Shown in pieces: positions 37,895-47,169 of a stretch of DNA of 64,000 bases. Made by a program: the position numbers and the translations under genes. Every line of letters begins with the position of its first letter. The first letter of the stretch is position 1. The DNA lies in the NCBI GenBank assembly GCA_000830295.1, contig CP010425.1, positions 64,001 to 128,000 of the forward strand, read 5' to 3'. Source of the DNA: an archaeon GW2011_AR15 (lineage in GTDB: Archaea > Nanobdellota > Nanobdellia > Woesearchaeales > GW2011-AR15). The notes below the pieces were generated by a model. The model worked only from the letters and a program-made list of their open reading frames with translations, was not told the DNA's origin and made no database searches.

Positions 37895-39231
37895 AAAAAG
37901 CCACCTATCTAAAAATCATCGCCGGATTATTGCTCTATTTGGTAGTTTCGCTCCCTGCCGTATTCTCAGCTGAACTCAGTCTAACTTACGATGCTAATGG
38001 CAACCTTGTAACAGGAGACGGCAAGTATAGAGAATACAATTCATTGAACCAGCTCTGGAAGATTTACAACGGCTCAAATTCTTCTGGTGATTTATTGCAG
38101 GAATACGAGTATCATCCGATAGAGGAGAGAATGCATGTAAAAGTTTCTTATAATGGGGATGGGAGCAACGAAACCACGATTTATATCTCTGAAAACTTTG
38201 TCAGGGTAATCAACAGCTCAGGTACTTTTGACTTTACTTATGTTTATCATAACGGACAACAGATAGCTCAGGTAAAGCCTTCAGGAGATAAAGAGTTCAT
38301 ACATAACGATCATTTAGGCTCAACATCAATTATAACAAATGAAAGTGGAGCAATTATTGAAAATACGACATATAGTCCTTACGGTGAAATTATTGCAGGA
38401 GGACAAGAATCTAGAAAAGATTATACAGGAAAAGAATTTGATTTAGGTCTAGAGGAGTATGATTTTGGCGCAAGAATGTATAAAGCAGAGTGGGGGTTAT
38501 TCACCAAAGCAGATAGTATAATCCCTGATCCATTTGAACCTCAAGCTTTCAATCGTTATTCTTATGCAAAGAATAATCCATTTAGATATATTGACCCAGA
38601 TGGTTTTGCATACTGTGATGCTGTTCAAGGGTGTGTACAATTAGTGGATGTTTCAGGTGGAGTACATACTTCTGGTCCTTTGACGTTAGAAGAAGGAGAA
38701 CTTGGAGAATATTCTGAATATAATGGTTATGAATATAATCCACCATGGTCCGTAGATAAAGCACCAGAAGGAAAAAATCAATTTTGGAACCAGTTAGTAG
38801 GAGATTTGTTTACTGCTATTGGTTTTAGTCTTTCAACTTCACCATTTAGTTTTACTGGTAGAACTTCAATAGCCCCACCAAAACCTGGCGATGATGTCTT
38901 AAGTGAAGCATCTAAAAAGGGATTCTCATCTGATGAACTGCTACAAAAGCATTTTGCAAAGCACAAAGATGAATTTGGATTTAAAACAGTTAAACAATAT
39001 GATAATGCCGCAAAAAGCTTTGCTAGCTCAAATAATGCAGATATACAACAATATATAAGACCAAATGGGGATGTTTTAAGATATAATCCTGCGTCAAATG
39101 AGTTCCTAGTTGCTTCTAGTAAAGGGACAATAAGGACATATTTTAAACCAAGAGCAGGATATAGCTACTACTATCAACAGACAATTAGTGGAGAAGAATT
39201 TATTATTGGAATACGAAAACCTAAAAAATAA
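37891..39231 (+). CDS. Rhs core protein with signal peptide and putative RNase (BECR/colicin D-like) tip
   Basis: HNDHLGS, NNPFRYIDPDG, then LQKHFAKHKDEFG...NGDVLRYNPASNEF...GTIRTYFKP. Confidence 0.88.
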   Translation: MKKATYLKIIAGLLLYLVVSLPAVFSAELSLTYDANGNLVTGDGKYREYNSLNQLWKIYNGSNSSGDLLQEYEYHPIEERMHVKVSYNGDGSNETTIYISENFVRVINSSGTFDFTYVYHNGQQIAQVKPSGDKEFIHNDHLGSTSIITNESGAIIENTTYSPYGEIIAGGQESRKDYTGKEFDLGLEEYDFGARMYKAEWGLFTKADSIIPDPFEPQAFNRYSYAKNNPFRYIDPDGFAYCDAVQGCVQLVDVSGGVHTSGPLTLEEGELGEYSEYNGYEYNPPWSVDKAPEGKNQFWNQLVGDLFTAIGFSLSTSPFSFTGRTSIAPPKPGDDVLSEASKKGFSSDELLQKHFAKHKDEFGFKTVKQYDNAAKSFASSNNADIQQYIRPNGDVLRYNPASNEFLVASSKGTIRTYFKPRAGYSYYYQQTISGEEFIIGIRKPKK

Positions 39232-39256
39232 GCGAATCTTCCAAATAGTCATTAAA

Positions 39257-39658
39257 ATGGTAATTGATAAAGAAAAAAGTCATTTTAAAGCACCCACCAC
39301 GAAGATTGATAAACTAATTAAAGAATGGAGGGAGTTTGTTAATTCTTGTAAAGCAGGCTATGAACTTTCTTTTTATGATTATAAGAATGATTTGGATATT
39401 AGGCTTCTTATTCAAAAGATAATAGACTCAAATACTAAAAAAAGTGAAAAAATAAGAAGACAAATCCAATTTGAGGATACGGAATTTAGGGAGTTATTAG
39501 TTAATATTAACGCTTGCATATATCCTAAAAATACGGAAACACAATTTGATGAATCTAAAAGGGACAAGTATTTTTGGTATTGGGGAATTATCAAAAATGC
39601 ACGTGGGGAATTATTGAAAGATTTAGAATCAGAAAAAAGATTTGAGTATTATTCTTAA
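39257..39658 (+). CDS. Putative soluble immunity protein
   Basis: Directly after the nuclease-like tip; WREFV...GY...DYKNDLDIR; AT-rich. Confidence 0.7.
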   Translation: MVIDKEKSHFKAPTTKIDKLIKEWREFVNSCKAGYELSFYDYKNDLDIRLLIQKIIDSNTKKSEKIRRQIQFEDTEFRELLVNINACIYPKNTETQFDESKRDKYFWYWGIIKNARGELLKDLESEKRFEYYS

Positions 39659-39683
39659 ATTAATATACTGATCCAGCCAAGAA

Positions 39684-40634
39684 ACTTTTGACTTTACTTA
39701 TGTAAAACACGAAGGGCAGCTGATAGCGCAAGTCAACCCGGATGGCAGCAAATACTTTATCCATTCTGACCATTTAGGCTCAACATCTGTAGTTACCGAT
39801 GAAGCAGCTGCTGTCATTGAAAACACGACTTACAGCCCATTCGGAGAGATTGTAGCAGGCGGTTCTGCTGTCAGGTATGGCTATGAAGGCAAGGAGTATG
39901 ATAGTGTTGTTGGGGATACGGATTTTAACTTCAGAAAGTATAATCCAAGCTGGGGAATATTTTTACAACCAGATACAATAATCCAAAACTTATACGATCC
40001 GCAGTCGTTGAATAGGTATATGTTTGAGAGGGGGAATCCTTATTATTATATTGATCCGACAGGACAGAACCCCGTTGCTATTGCTGCTGGAATATACATA
40101 GGAATTATGGCATTATCTGGAGGGGGACAAGAATTGGCAGTTCAATTAATTTATTCAGGAAGAGTATACGACTGGAGCAGGATAGGATATGCTACATTAG
40201 AAGGTACAACTATAGGAGCTATAGCTATTGCTACATTGTTTATTCCCTCTATTGGTCCACATATATTTTCAGCAATAACATTTGGGTATGAATGGGAAGG
40301 ATATAAAGAGTTAGAAGAATCTATTGGCACAGCAAAAGAAAATAGATTAGAAGATGATGAAAGTACACTCACCTCTAAAGTGACTATACCAAACATGCAA
40401 AGTCAAGCCAATAATCAACATATAGTAACTCCTCCTTCAACACAAACTGCAATAGAAAATATAATATGGTTTGTTTCAAAAACGGCAAGAAGATATCTTG
40501 GTGGAAGTACATATACAATATCAGGGAGAGAATATGGACTAAGTGTTTATCAACCTGCCAGAGACGCAGAAGGCAAAACAAGATGGGATAGAATTATAGA
40601 AAGGAATAAAGAGAGAAGTCAAAAAAATACATAA
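39684..40634 (+). pseudogene. Orphan Rhs core/toxin cassette without start or signal peptide
   Basis: Frame reads TFDFTYVKHEGQLIAQV...HSDHLGS...NPYYYIDPTG then a Gly/Ala-rich hydrophobic tip; in-frame TGA at 39669 upstream. Confidence 0.85.
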
Positions 40635-40668
40635 ATTTTTATAGTATGAGCTATGTTAATATGATATA

Positions 40669-40893
40669 ATGAGTAAGAAAATTGCGTCCAGATTTGGAAC
40701 ATATTTATCATTGAATTTGATTGTTTTTAGTGTCTTATATACTTGGGGGATTATTACATTAAAAAATATCATTACTGATATGTTTGTGCCATTGATTGTA
40801 TTTTATCGTAGTTTAATAGTCACAATTGGATTAAATTTAGCAGCGTTTATATACATTAAAATTAATAAAATTGAGTTAGATAAATTTCTTTAA
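40669..40893 (+). CDS. Putative small membrane immunity protein
   Basis: 74 aa, 2 TM segments, AT-rich, after the orphan tip. Confidence 0.6.
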   Translation: MSKKIASRFGTYLSLNLIVFSVLYTWGIITLKNIITDMFVPLIVFYRSLIVTIGLNLAAFIYIKINKIELDKFL

Positions 40894-41011
40894 ATCATTT
40901 TCAATTACTTTTTGATCCAGCCATTGCTTATACAATCGCTTGTAACGCTCTCAGAAGTTTGACAGCACCGCAAACAAAAACCTTAAAAAACAATTCTGTT
41001 TTCATGCCCAG

Positions 41012-41260
41012 ATGGGGAAATTCAGGATAATATACGACAGGAAGGCATGCATCGGTGCGAATGCCTGCGTTGTGCTTGACCCTCAGCTTTTTGAGATGGA
41101 CAAGGACGGGAAGGCCAACCTTATAGGCGGGAAGAAACTGGCTGACGGCACGTTTGAGCTTGTAACAGATGCCAGAGAGTCAATAATAGAATCTGCGCGC
41201 GGCTGCCCTGTTGAGGTAATAAAGGTTATTGATTTGGAAACAGGGAAAAAGATTGTCTGA
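41012..41260 (+). CDS. Monocluster ferredoxin, probably [3Fe-4S]
   Basis: CIGANAC...CP. Confidence 0.88.
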   Translation: MGKFRIIYDRKACIGANACVVLDPQLFEMDKDGKANLIGGKKLADGTFELVTDARESIIESARGCPVEVIKVIDLETGKKIV

Positions 41261-41314
41261 TTCATTCTGAGAATAGCTTTATAAATAAGCTCTTTACACT
41301 ACCACTTGATAGTA

Positions 41315-43336
41315 ATGGCATTGAAGACAAAGTTTGAGGCACGCCTTGACAGGCACGCATTCGATCAGCCTGATGTAGAAGATTTTGAGCAGCTTGAAGA
41401 TTCCGGCCTTGCGCCATTGATTATTTCTTTGTACAGGAGCATAGAGCAGGGAAAGGGGCTCCAGAGGACATTCAGGGAAAGCCTGGGCAAGCACGGGATT
41501 ATATATGCTGTTGAAGAGCAGCTCCGCGTCCTGCCTTACAAGCTGACCGGCTTTATGAACTCTATACTCCCGGGGATAGAAGAATCAGATATCTCTCCTG
41601 ACAAACTGATAAAAAGGCCTGTAATCAGGGATGGAAAGCTTGATGCAGAATACAGCGACCCAGGGTCATTTGCAAGGTTAGTGTCATTGCTTCCCGGCTA
41701 TACTGTGCAGAATACCCCTCTCTGGACAAAAAATAATCTCGGGCAGGCAAGAGAAAGAAATGTAATGAAGATATATGCCGAGACAATGGAGCTCGCAGAA
41801 AGAGTTTCCCAAATTGGCGACGGGGCAGACAGGGACAGCATTGTATCAAAAATACAGTCTGCAGCAAAAGGATTCCTGAACAGGACTGCCAACTATCACG
41901 CCATAAATGATATGTTCGGGGAAGTGCTGGAATCTGTGAAGGGGAAAATAGACCAGAGAGAGCTTGAGCTGATATACAGGCTTCATGAGCTGCAGTCAGG
42001 AGACAAGGCACTGAAGCACAAGTTTACGAGGAAATTCATAGAGCCTTATGAGAAAAAAATCAAAAGCGCAGAAAACAAGGAAGATGTTTTCAGGCAGACT
42101 GTTTCAGACAGGATATCATCTGCATTCCAGTGGGTAGCCTCAAGGCAGCCTCTTGTATATGCTTCTCTTGTTGGAGTTGCCCTGGCTTTGGGAGGAGGGC
42201 TGCTGGTAAAGAACGGGGTATATAATTATCTCCAGCATCAGGACAAGAACAGGGTCTCTGAAGTTGCAAGGGTGCTTCCGCCTGACTATGAGGGCCTCGG
42301 AGCAATAATACCTTTTACTGTGCATGCTGCCAACACCTCGCACTGGGCTGACCAGGCATATGTTGCGCAGTTTCCTGAGGAATCAGAAATAGATGTGCCA
42401 TTAAATGACGGACAGCTTTATGTCCTGCTGGATTCGCATATAGAAACAGGGCTAAGGGATTCTGGTGCCCTTTTGGAGCTTTACAGGGATAGCAGGCTGA
42501 TAAATGCACTTGATGCAATAAATAATGGCGGCGGCACGATAATCAATAGTTTCAGCCACTGGTATACTGAGTCAGGGCATATGAACTGCACCACACGCAC
42601 AGATTCTGACGGGAATACAACAGAAACATGCTACTATGTGTGCGATTCCCGTACACATTTCCAGTCAAAAGACCAGGGGCAGATAAACCAGGGCGTTGAA
42701 ATGGCAAGGCAGGGCCTTGCAACAGAAGTTTTCGGTGAACATTTTGGGGATATATTCTTTCCTGTTATTGATGTAAGCCAGTATGTGAATGCAGATACTA
42801 CTGCAGTGAGGGATTACCTTGCAGCAGCACAGGGACAGGCTCAGCTTCCTGCAACACTGGAAAGCAATGCATCAAGAATTGCACAGCTTCCTGACAGTGA
42901 TGTATTTTACGATTGGGGATGCTGGTATGGCTACGGCTATCCTCCTTACTGGGAACCAAGAAGCCTTGCCGGCCAGATTTACGGGCTTACAAATGACGTG
43001 CAGAACTTCAGCTCTGTCAGCTCTTATCTTGAAAAAGCAAACGAAGCGCTCCAGCAGGGAAGCGAGATAATGCATTCAAGCAGCGACGCCGAAACAATTT
43101 TCAAGGAGGAAATGGGGGATTTTAGCATATACTTGCACAAGGCTTTGGGAATTCCCGGAGCAGGCCACTTGTTCCAGGATGAGATAAAATTCATAAGCAA
43201 TCTGGCAGGAATAGGCATGGGCATAATTGGAATTGCTGCAGCATATGGGTTCTACAACAGCCTCATGAACGGGATGTTCGGAGTCGAGATGGGAAACATC
43301 AGAAGAAAATACGGCCTTTCCTCATATTCCTATTAA
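41315..43336 (+). CDS. Large hypothetical membrane protein
   Basis: Two TM segments flanking a domain containing CTTRTDSDGNTTETCYYVC. Confidence 0.7.
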   Translation: MALKTKFEARLDRHAFDQPDVEDFEQLEDSGLAPLIISLYRSIEQGKGLQRTFRESLGKHGIIYAVEEQLRVLPYKLTGFMNSILPGIEESDISPDKLIKRPVIRDGKLDAEYSDPGSFARLVSLLPGYTVQNTPLWTKNNLGQARERNVMKIYAETMELAERVSQIGDGADRDSIVSKIQSAAKGFLNRTANYHAINDMFGEVLESVKGKIDQRELELIYRLHELQSGDKALKHKFTRKFIEPYEKKIKSAENKEDVFRQTVSDRISSAFQWVASRQPLVYASLVGVALALGGGLLVKNGVYNYLQHQDKNRVSEVARVLPPDYEGLGAIIPFTVHAANTSHWADQAYVAQFPEESEIDVPLNDGQLYVLLDSHIETGLRDSGALLELYRDSRLINALDAINNGGGTIINSFSHWYTESGHMNCTTRTDSDGNTTETCYYVCDSRTHFQSKDQGQINQGVEMARQGLATEVFGEHFGDIFFPVIDVSQYVNADTTAVRDYLAAAQGQAQLPATLESNASRIAQLPDSDVFYDWGCWYGYGYPPYWEPRSLAGQIYGLTNDVQNFSSVSSYLEKANEALQQGSEIMHSSSDAETIFKEEMGDFSIYLHKALGIPGAGHLFQDEIKFISNLAGIGMGIIGIAAAYGFYNSLMNGMFGVEMGNIRRKYGLSSYSY

Positions 43337-43374
43337 ACCATAATTTTTTATAAACCGGACTTTTCATCTGTTCT

Positions 43375-44010
43375 ATGCTAACTGCAGGGAAAGTATGTTC
43401 TATGCTTGATAAGGAATATCCAAAAGCTGAGATTGCGCTCGGCCATGAAAACCCGCTTGAGCTTCTTATTGCTGTGATGCTGTCTGCGCAGTGCACTGAC
43501 AAGCGCGTGAATATTGTTACAAAAGAGCTTTTCAGGGAATACAGGAAGGCAGAGGACTATGCATACGGCAGCCCTGAAAAGCTGAAGAGATACATAAAGT
43601 CAACAGGATTCTATAATACAAAGGCAAAAAACATACAGAACGCGTGCAGGATAATAATTGAAAAGCACTCTGGAAAGGTCCCGGGGACAATGGAAGAGCT
43701 TACAGCGCTGCCGGGAGTCGGAAGGAAAACAGCCAACATTGTGCTGAGCAATGCTTTCGGCAGACTTGAGGGCATGGCCATTGATACCCATATGAAGCGG
43801 GTTAATTTTAGGTTAGGGCTGACAAAAAACACAGACCCTGTGAAAATAGAGCAGGATCTCATAAAGCAGCTTCCCAATGAAAAATGGAACCATTATACCT
43901 ATCTTATAATAGAGCATGGCAGGGCTGTCTGCAAGGCTCCGACGCCCAGTTGCAGCATCTGTGTGCTCGAGAAAGAATGCCCTAAAAAGGGAGTTTTGAA
44001 GAGTAAATAA
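43375..44010 (+). CDS. nth: Endonuclease III
   Basis: LSAQCTD, LPGVGRKTAN, DTH, C-x6-C-x2-C-x5-C. Confidence 0.96.
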   Translation: MLTAGKVCSMLDKEYPKAEIALGHENPLELLIAVMLSAQCTDKRVNIVTKELFREYRKAEDYAYGSPEKLKRYIKSTGFYNTKAKNIQNACRIIIEKHSGKVPGTMEELTALPGVGRKTANIVLSNAFGRLEGMAIDTHMKRVNFRLGLTKNTDPVKIEQDLIKQLPNEKWNHYTYLIIEHGRAVCKAPTPSCSICVLEKECPKKGVLKSK

Positions 44011-44133
44011 TATGCTTTTAAAGGGTTAAAAAGGGGTTGCAAACCCGTTTGAACGCAGTTTAGTTCAAGAGGCCCCGAAAGCCATTTAAAGGCTTTCGAA
44101 AGCTTTATATAAGCACTTTTTCTCTTGGGATAT

Positions 44134-44391
44134 ATGGCAAAAGGATTCAAAATTCTGCACGATAAACCCAACTGCATAGGCTGCGGAGCCTGCGCTGTGA
44201 TAGCCCCGAAATTCTGGGAGATGAACGATGACGGCAAGGCAGACGTGATAGGCGGAAAAAACATGCCGGACGGCAAGCAGGAAGGAAGGATAGACCAGAA
44301 GGACTTTGATATCAACCTTGAGGCTGCTGAATCATGCCCTGTTGAAGTCATACACTTAATAGATGAGGAAACAGGCGAGAAGATAATCTAA
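44134..44391 (+). CDS. Monocluster ferredoxin [4Fe-4S]
   Basis: CIGCGAC...CP. Confidence 0.9.
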   Translation: MAKGFKILHDKPNCIGCGACAVIAPKFWEMNDDGKADVIGGKNMPDGKQEGRIDQKDFDINLEAAESCPVEVIHLIDEETGEKII

Positions 44392-44393
44392 TC

Positions 44394-46913
44394 TTATTTT
44401 TTCTTAGACAATAATTCTTTCTTGAACCTGCTTAATGTATTAGGTATGTGCTGGGCCTGTGTCTTGAGAAGGTTGGCTGTGTTCTTGAGTATCATGGGTT
44501 CTGTGTTATTCGACTCTGCTGTGCTTGCCAGCTTGAAGTCATCAGGCGAGTCAATCCTGCCTTTTTTCACGACTTTCTTCCACTTGTTGAAAAGCTCTTC
44601 TGACCTTGCCTCTACCTGGTTTATCCTGCAGTCAAGTATTTTTGCTGCCTCTTTCAGTATATCTGATTCCCTGTTTATCTCCTTGGCAGCAGCTTCCCCT
44701 GCAGTGAATTCAATCCTGACCATGCCGTCCTGTATCTTGCTCGTCTTGATAATCTTGATTATCTTTGCTTCTCCTGTCAGATGGAGGTGTGTCCCTCCGC
44801 ATGCCTCTGTGTCAAACTCTGGGATAGAGATAATCCTCAGCATTTTTCCCGGGACTGCTCCTCCCTGATATAATACGAATCCGTATTCTTTTTCAGCAAG
44901 GTCCCTTCTCATGAGTGTTGAGTATACAGGCCTGTTTTCCTCAATCACTTTATTGGCAAGGTCCTCAATTTTCTTCACTTCTTCATCTGTTAAAGCATCA
45001 TAGTGGGTTATGTCCAGCCTTGCCTTGTCCAGCGCCTTGTGCGCTCCTGCCTGCCAGATGTGGTTGCCGAGTATCCTTTTTGCAGAGCCGTTTATTATGT
45101 GGGTTGCTGTGTGGTGCTGGGCCAGCTGCAGCCTTCTTTCAAAATCAATATCGCCGTGCACAATATCTCCTTTTTTCATTTTCGGCTTGTCTTCAAGGAC
45201 ATGGATTACATGGCCGCCCTGCTTGTATACATCAACTACCTTATGGCCTTCAAGAGTTCCTATGTCATGTATCTGCCCCCCTGATGTCGGATAGAATGCC
45301 GTCCTGTCAAGCACGACATTGCTGCCTATGACTTTCTGGACTGCCCCCTTGAATTTCACGAGGCTGAAATCGCTGTAGTATAATATCTCAGTTTCCTGCA
45401 CACCTTCCAGGTCAAGCTTTTCTTTTTTCTCAGGCTCTGGGGCTTCCTCTTTCTTCAGCTCAGAGACTTTTGCATAGAAATCTTCAGGATAAGTGATTTT
45501 CTTCCCAAGATTTTTTGCCTGCTCTGCAATCATCTCAGGGCTTATCCCCTGCGATGTGTAACGCTCAATGAATTTTTTCTCCGAGATTTTCTCGTCTTTT
45601 TTCAGCAGGTTAAGGATTATCTGCCTTGATTTGTTTTTTGTCTCTTCATATTTTCTTTTCTCAACGTCCAGAACTTTCTTTACAGTGTCTATATTTTCGA
45701 TAAGCTCAGGGAACAGCGGCTTCAGGTATTCAGCGTGCCATTCTGCGATGTCATTCATTGAGATCTTCCAGCCATATTTGTCTATGAAATCCATTGCCCT
45801 CCTTATTATGACCCTTAGGTTATAGCCTCCACCTACGTTGTTCGGCAGCGCGCCGTCTGAAATCGCAAACAGTGCAGAGCGAGTGTGCTCGGCAACAGAA
45901 TACAGTGCTGATAGCGGGAGAATTTTCTCTTTCAGCTCTTCAACATCAATTTTGATTTCTTTTGCTACTTTTTTCCATGCTTCCTCAATATTGTCAACCT
46001 CATCAATGTTCAGATATGATGAGTAAGGCAGGAATTTTTTCATCAGGCTTCCCTCAGGCCTTATGCCTGTTATTTTATACAGCTTTTCTGAGACTGTCGG
46101 GAATGTTGTCTCGTAGCTTGTGCTTGCCCCTTTTGTGAACCATGCAATCCTCTCGTGGCCCATGCCCATGTCAAGAACCTTAAGAGGGAGCTCTTTTGCT
46201 CCTTTTTCAGTCTGCTCAAAAAGCATGTAAACCTGGTTTCCCAGCTCAAGGCCCCTGCAGAAATACTCCATGCACGGCCCAAAATTCCCGCCGCCTGCCC
46301 ATGCGTCCTCGTGGAAAGTTATCTCGCTGTTCGGAAGCCCCAGTCCGTCTTTCAGCCACATATGAATATGTGAGAATACCATGTTCTGGTCCCATTTTTC
46401 TTTTGGCACGAACATGTGCTGACCTATCATCACGAATCCTGTGTAATGCGCCCCGGTTATGCCTACGTTGTCTATGTCATTGAACCTCAGGCAGAACTGC
46501 GGCACAACAAGAGGGTTTGCTGGCGGGTCGACTGCCCCTGATACAACATGCGGCTGGAAATCATATATTGATGCGCCCACCCAGTACTGGTCATCCCTCC
46601 ATCTTGCAACAACAGGATAGCGCTTTATTTCTGTATATCCCAGTTTCTTGAAAAATTTTGAAAATTCCTTCCAGACCTGGATATAGTCCAGCTCTTTTTT
46701 TGCAGGAGACCTGCCTATGAACCTGAAGCCGCCAGAGCATGAGGGGTCCCCGCATAATTTCTGGTCTTTGTTTACTGTCCAGAAGTGTGTTCCGCAGCTG
46801 CACTTTTTCCTCATGAATCCCTCTTTCTTGAGGTGCTTTACTGCATAGTACTTTTCAGGGCTCTCAGAGGCCCTTTTCTTGAACTCCGCCTTTATCTCCT
46901 TGTCTGTCTTCAT
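44394..46913 (-). CDS. alaS: Alanyl-tRNA synthetase, archaeal type
   Basis: YPVVARWR, ASIYDFQP, DMGMGHER, editing motifs HHTATH and CGGTH. Confidence 0.96.
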   Translation of the reverse strand: MKTDKEIKAEFKKRASESPEKYYAVKHLKKEGFMRKKCSCGTHFWTVNKDQKLCGDPSCSGGFRFIGRSPAKKELDYIQVWKEFSKFFKKLGYTEIKRYPVVARWRDDQYWVGASIYDFQPHVVSGAVDPPANPLVVPQFCLRFNDIDNVGITGAHYTGFVMIGQHMFVPKEKWDQNMVFSHIHMWLKDGLGLPNSEITFHEDAWAGGGNFGPCMEYFCRGLELGNQVYMLFEQTEKGAKELPLKVLDMGMGHERIAWFTKGASTSYETTFPTVSEKLYKITGIRPEGSLMKKFLPYSSYLNIDEVDNIEEAWKKVAKEIKIDVEELKEKILPLSALYSVAEHTRSALFAISDGALPNNVGGGYNLRVIIRRAMDFIDKYGWKISMNDIAEWHAEYLKPLFPELIENIDTVKKVLDVEKRKYEETKNKSRQIILNLLKKDEKISEKKFIERYTSQGISPEMIAEQAKNLGKKITYPEDFYAKVSELKKEEAPEPEKKEKLDLEGVQETEILYYSDFSLVKFKGAVQKVIGSNVVLDRTAFYPTSGGQIHDIGTLEGHKVVDVYKQGGHVIHVLEDKPKMKKGDIVHGDIDFERRLQLAQHHTATHIINGSAKRILGNHIWQAGAHKALDKARLDITHYDALTDEEVKKIEDLANKVIEENRPVYSTLMRRDLAEKEYGFVLYQGGAVPGKMLRIISIPEFDTEACGGTHLHLTGEAKIIKIIKTSKIQDGMVRIEFTAGEAAAKEINRESDILKEAAKILDCRINQVEARSEELFNKWKKVVKKGRIDSPDDFKLASTAESNNTEPMILKNTANLLKTQAQHIPNTLSRFKKELLSKKK

Positions 46914-46984
46914 TATTCTCCTTAATTATTGGGAGTGGATTTAAATATTTTGGGATGGGTTTATATATAGGAATCAGTGATAAC

Positions 46985-46993
46985 TTTTATAAA
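46985..46993 (+). promoter_or_regulatory. TATA box of tRNA-Gly
   Basis: TTTTATAAA about 25-30 nt before the tRNA 5' end. Confidence 0.55.
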
Positions 46994-47017
46994 CAATTCA
47001 TATTTCTCATCTATTGC

Positions 47018-47106
47018 GCGACGATAGTTGAATGGTACAATACGACGTTGCCAATGCGCAAGCAAGCAAACACGTTGTGGCCCGGGTTCGATTCCCGGTC
47101 GTCGCA
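47018..47106 (+). tRNA. tRNA-Gly(GCC) with 18-nt intron (47054-47071)
   Basis: Acceptor GCGACGA/TCGTCGC, stem CGACG/CGTTG, BHB helix TTGC/GCAA, T-arm CCGGG-TTCGATT-CCCGG. Confidence 0.93.
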
Positions 47107-47169
47107 TACATATTACGTCTAAAAATAAAAAGTTTATATATTCTATAAGGTATCCCGTCTTTGGGGGCT

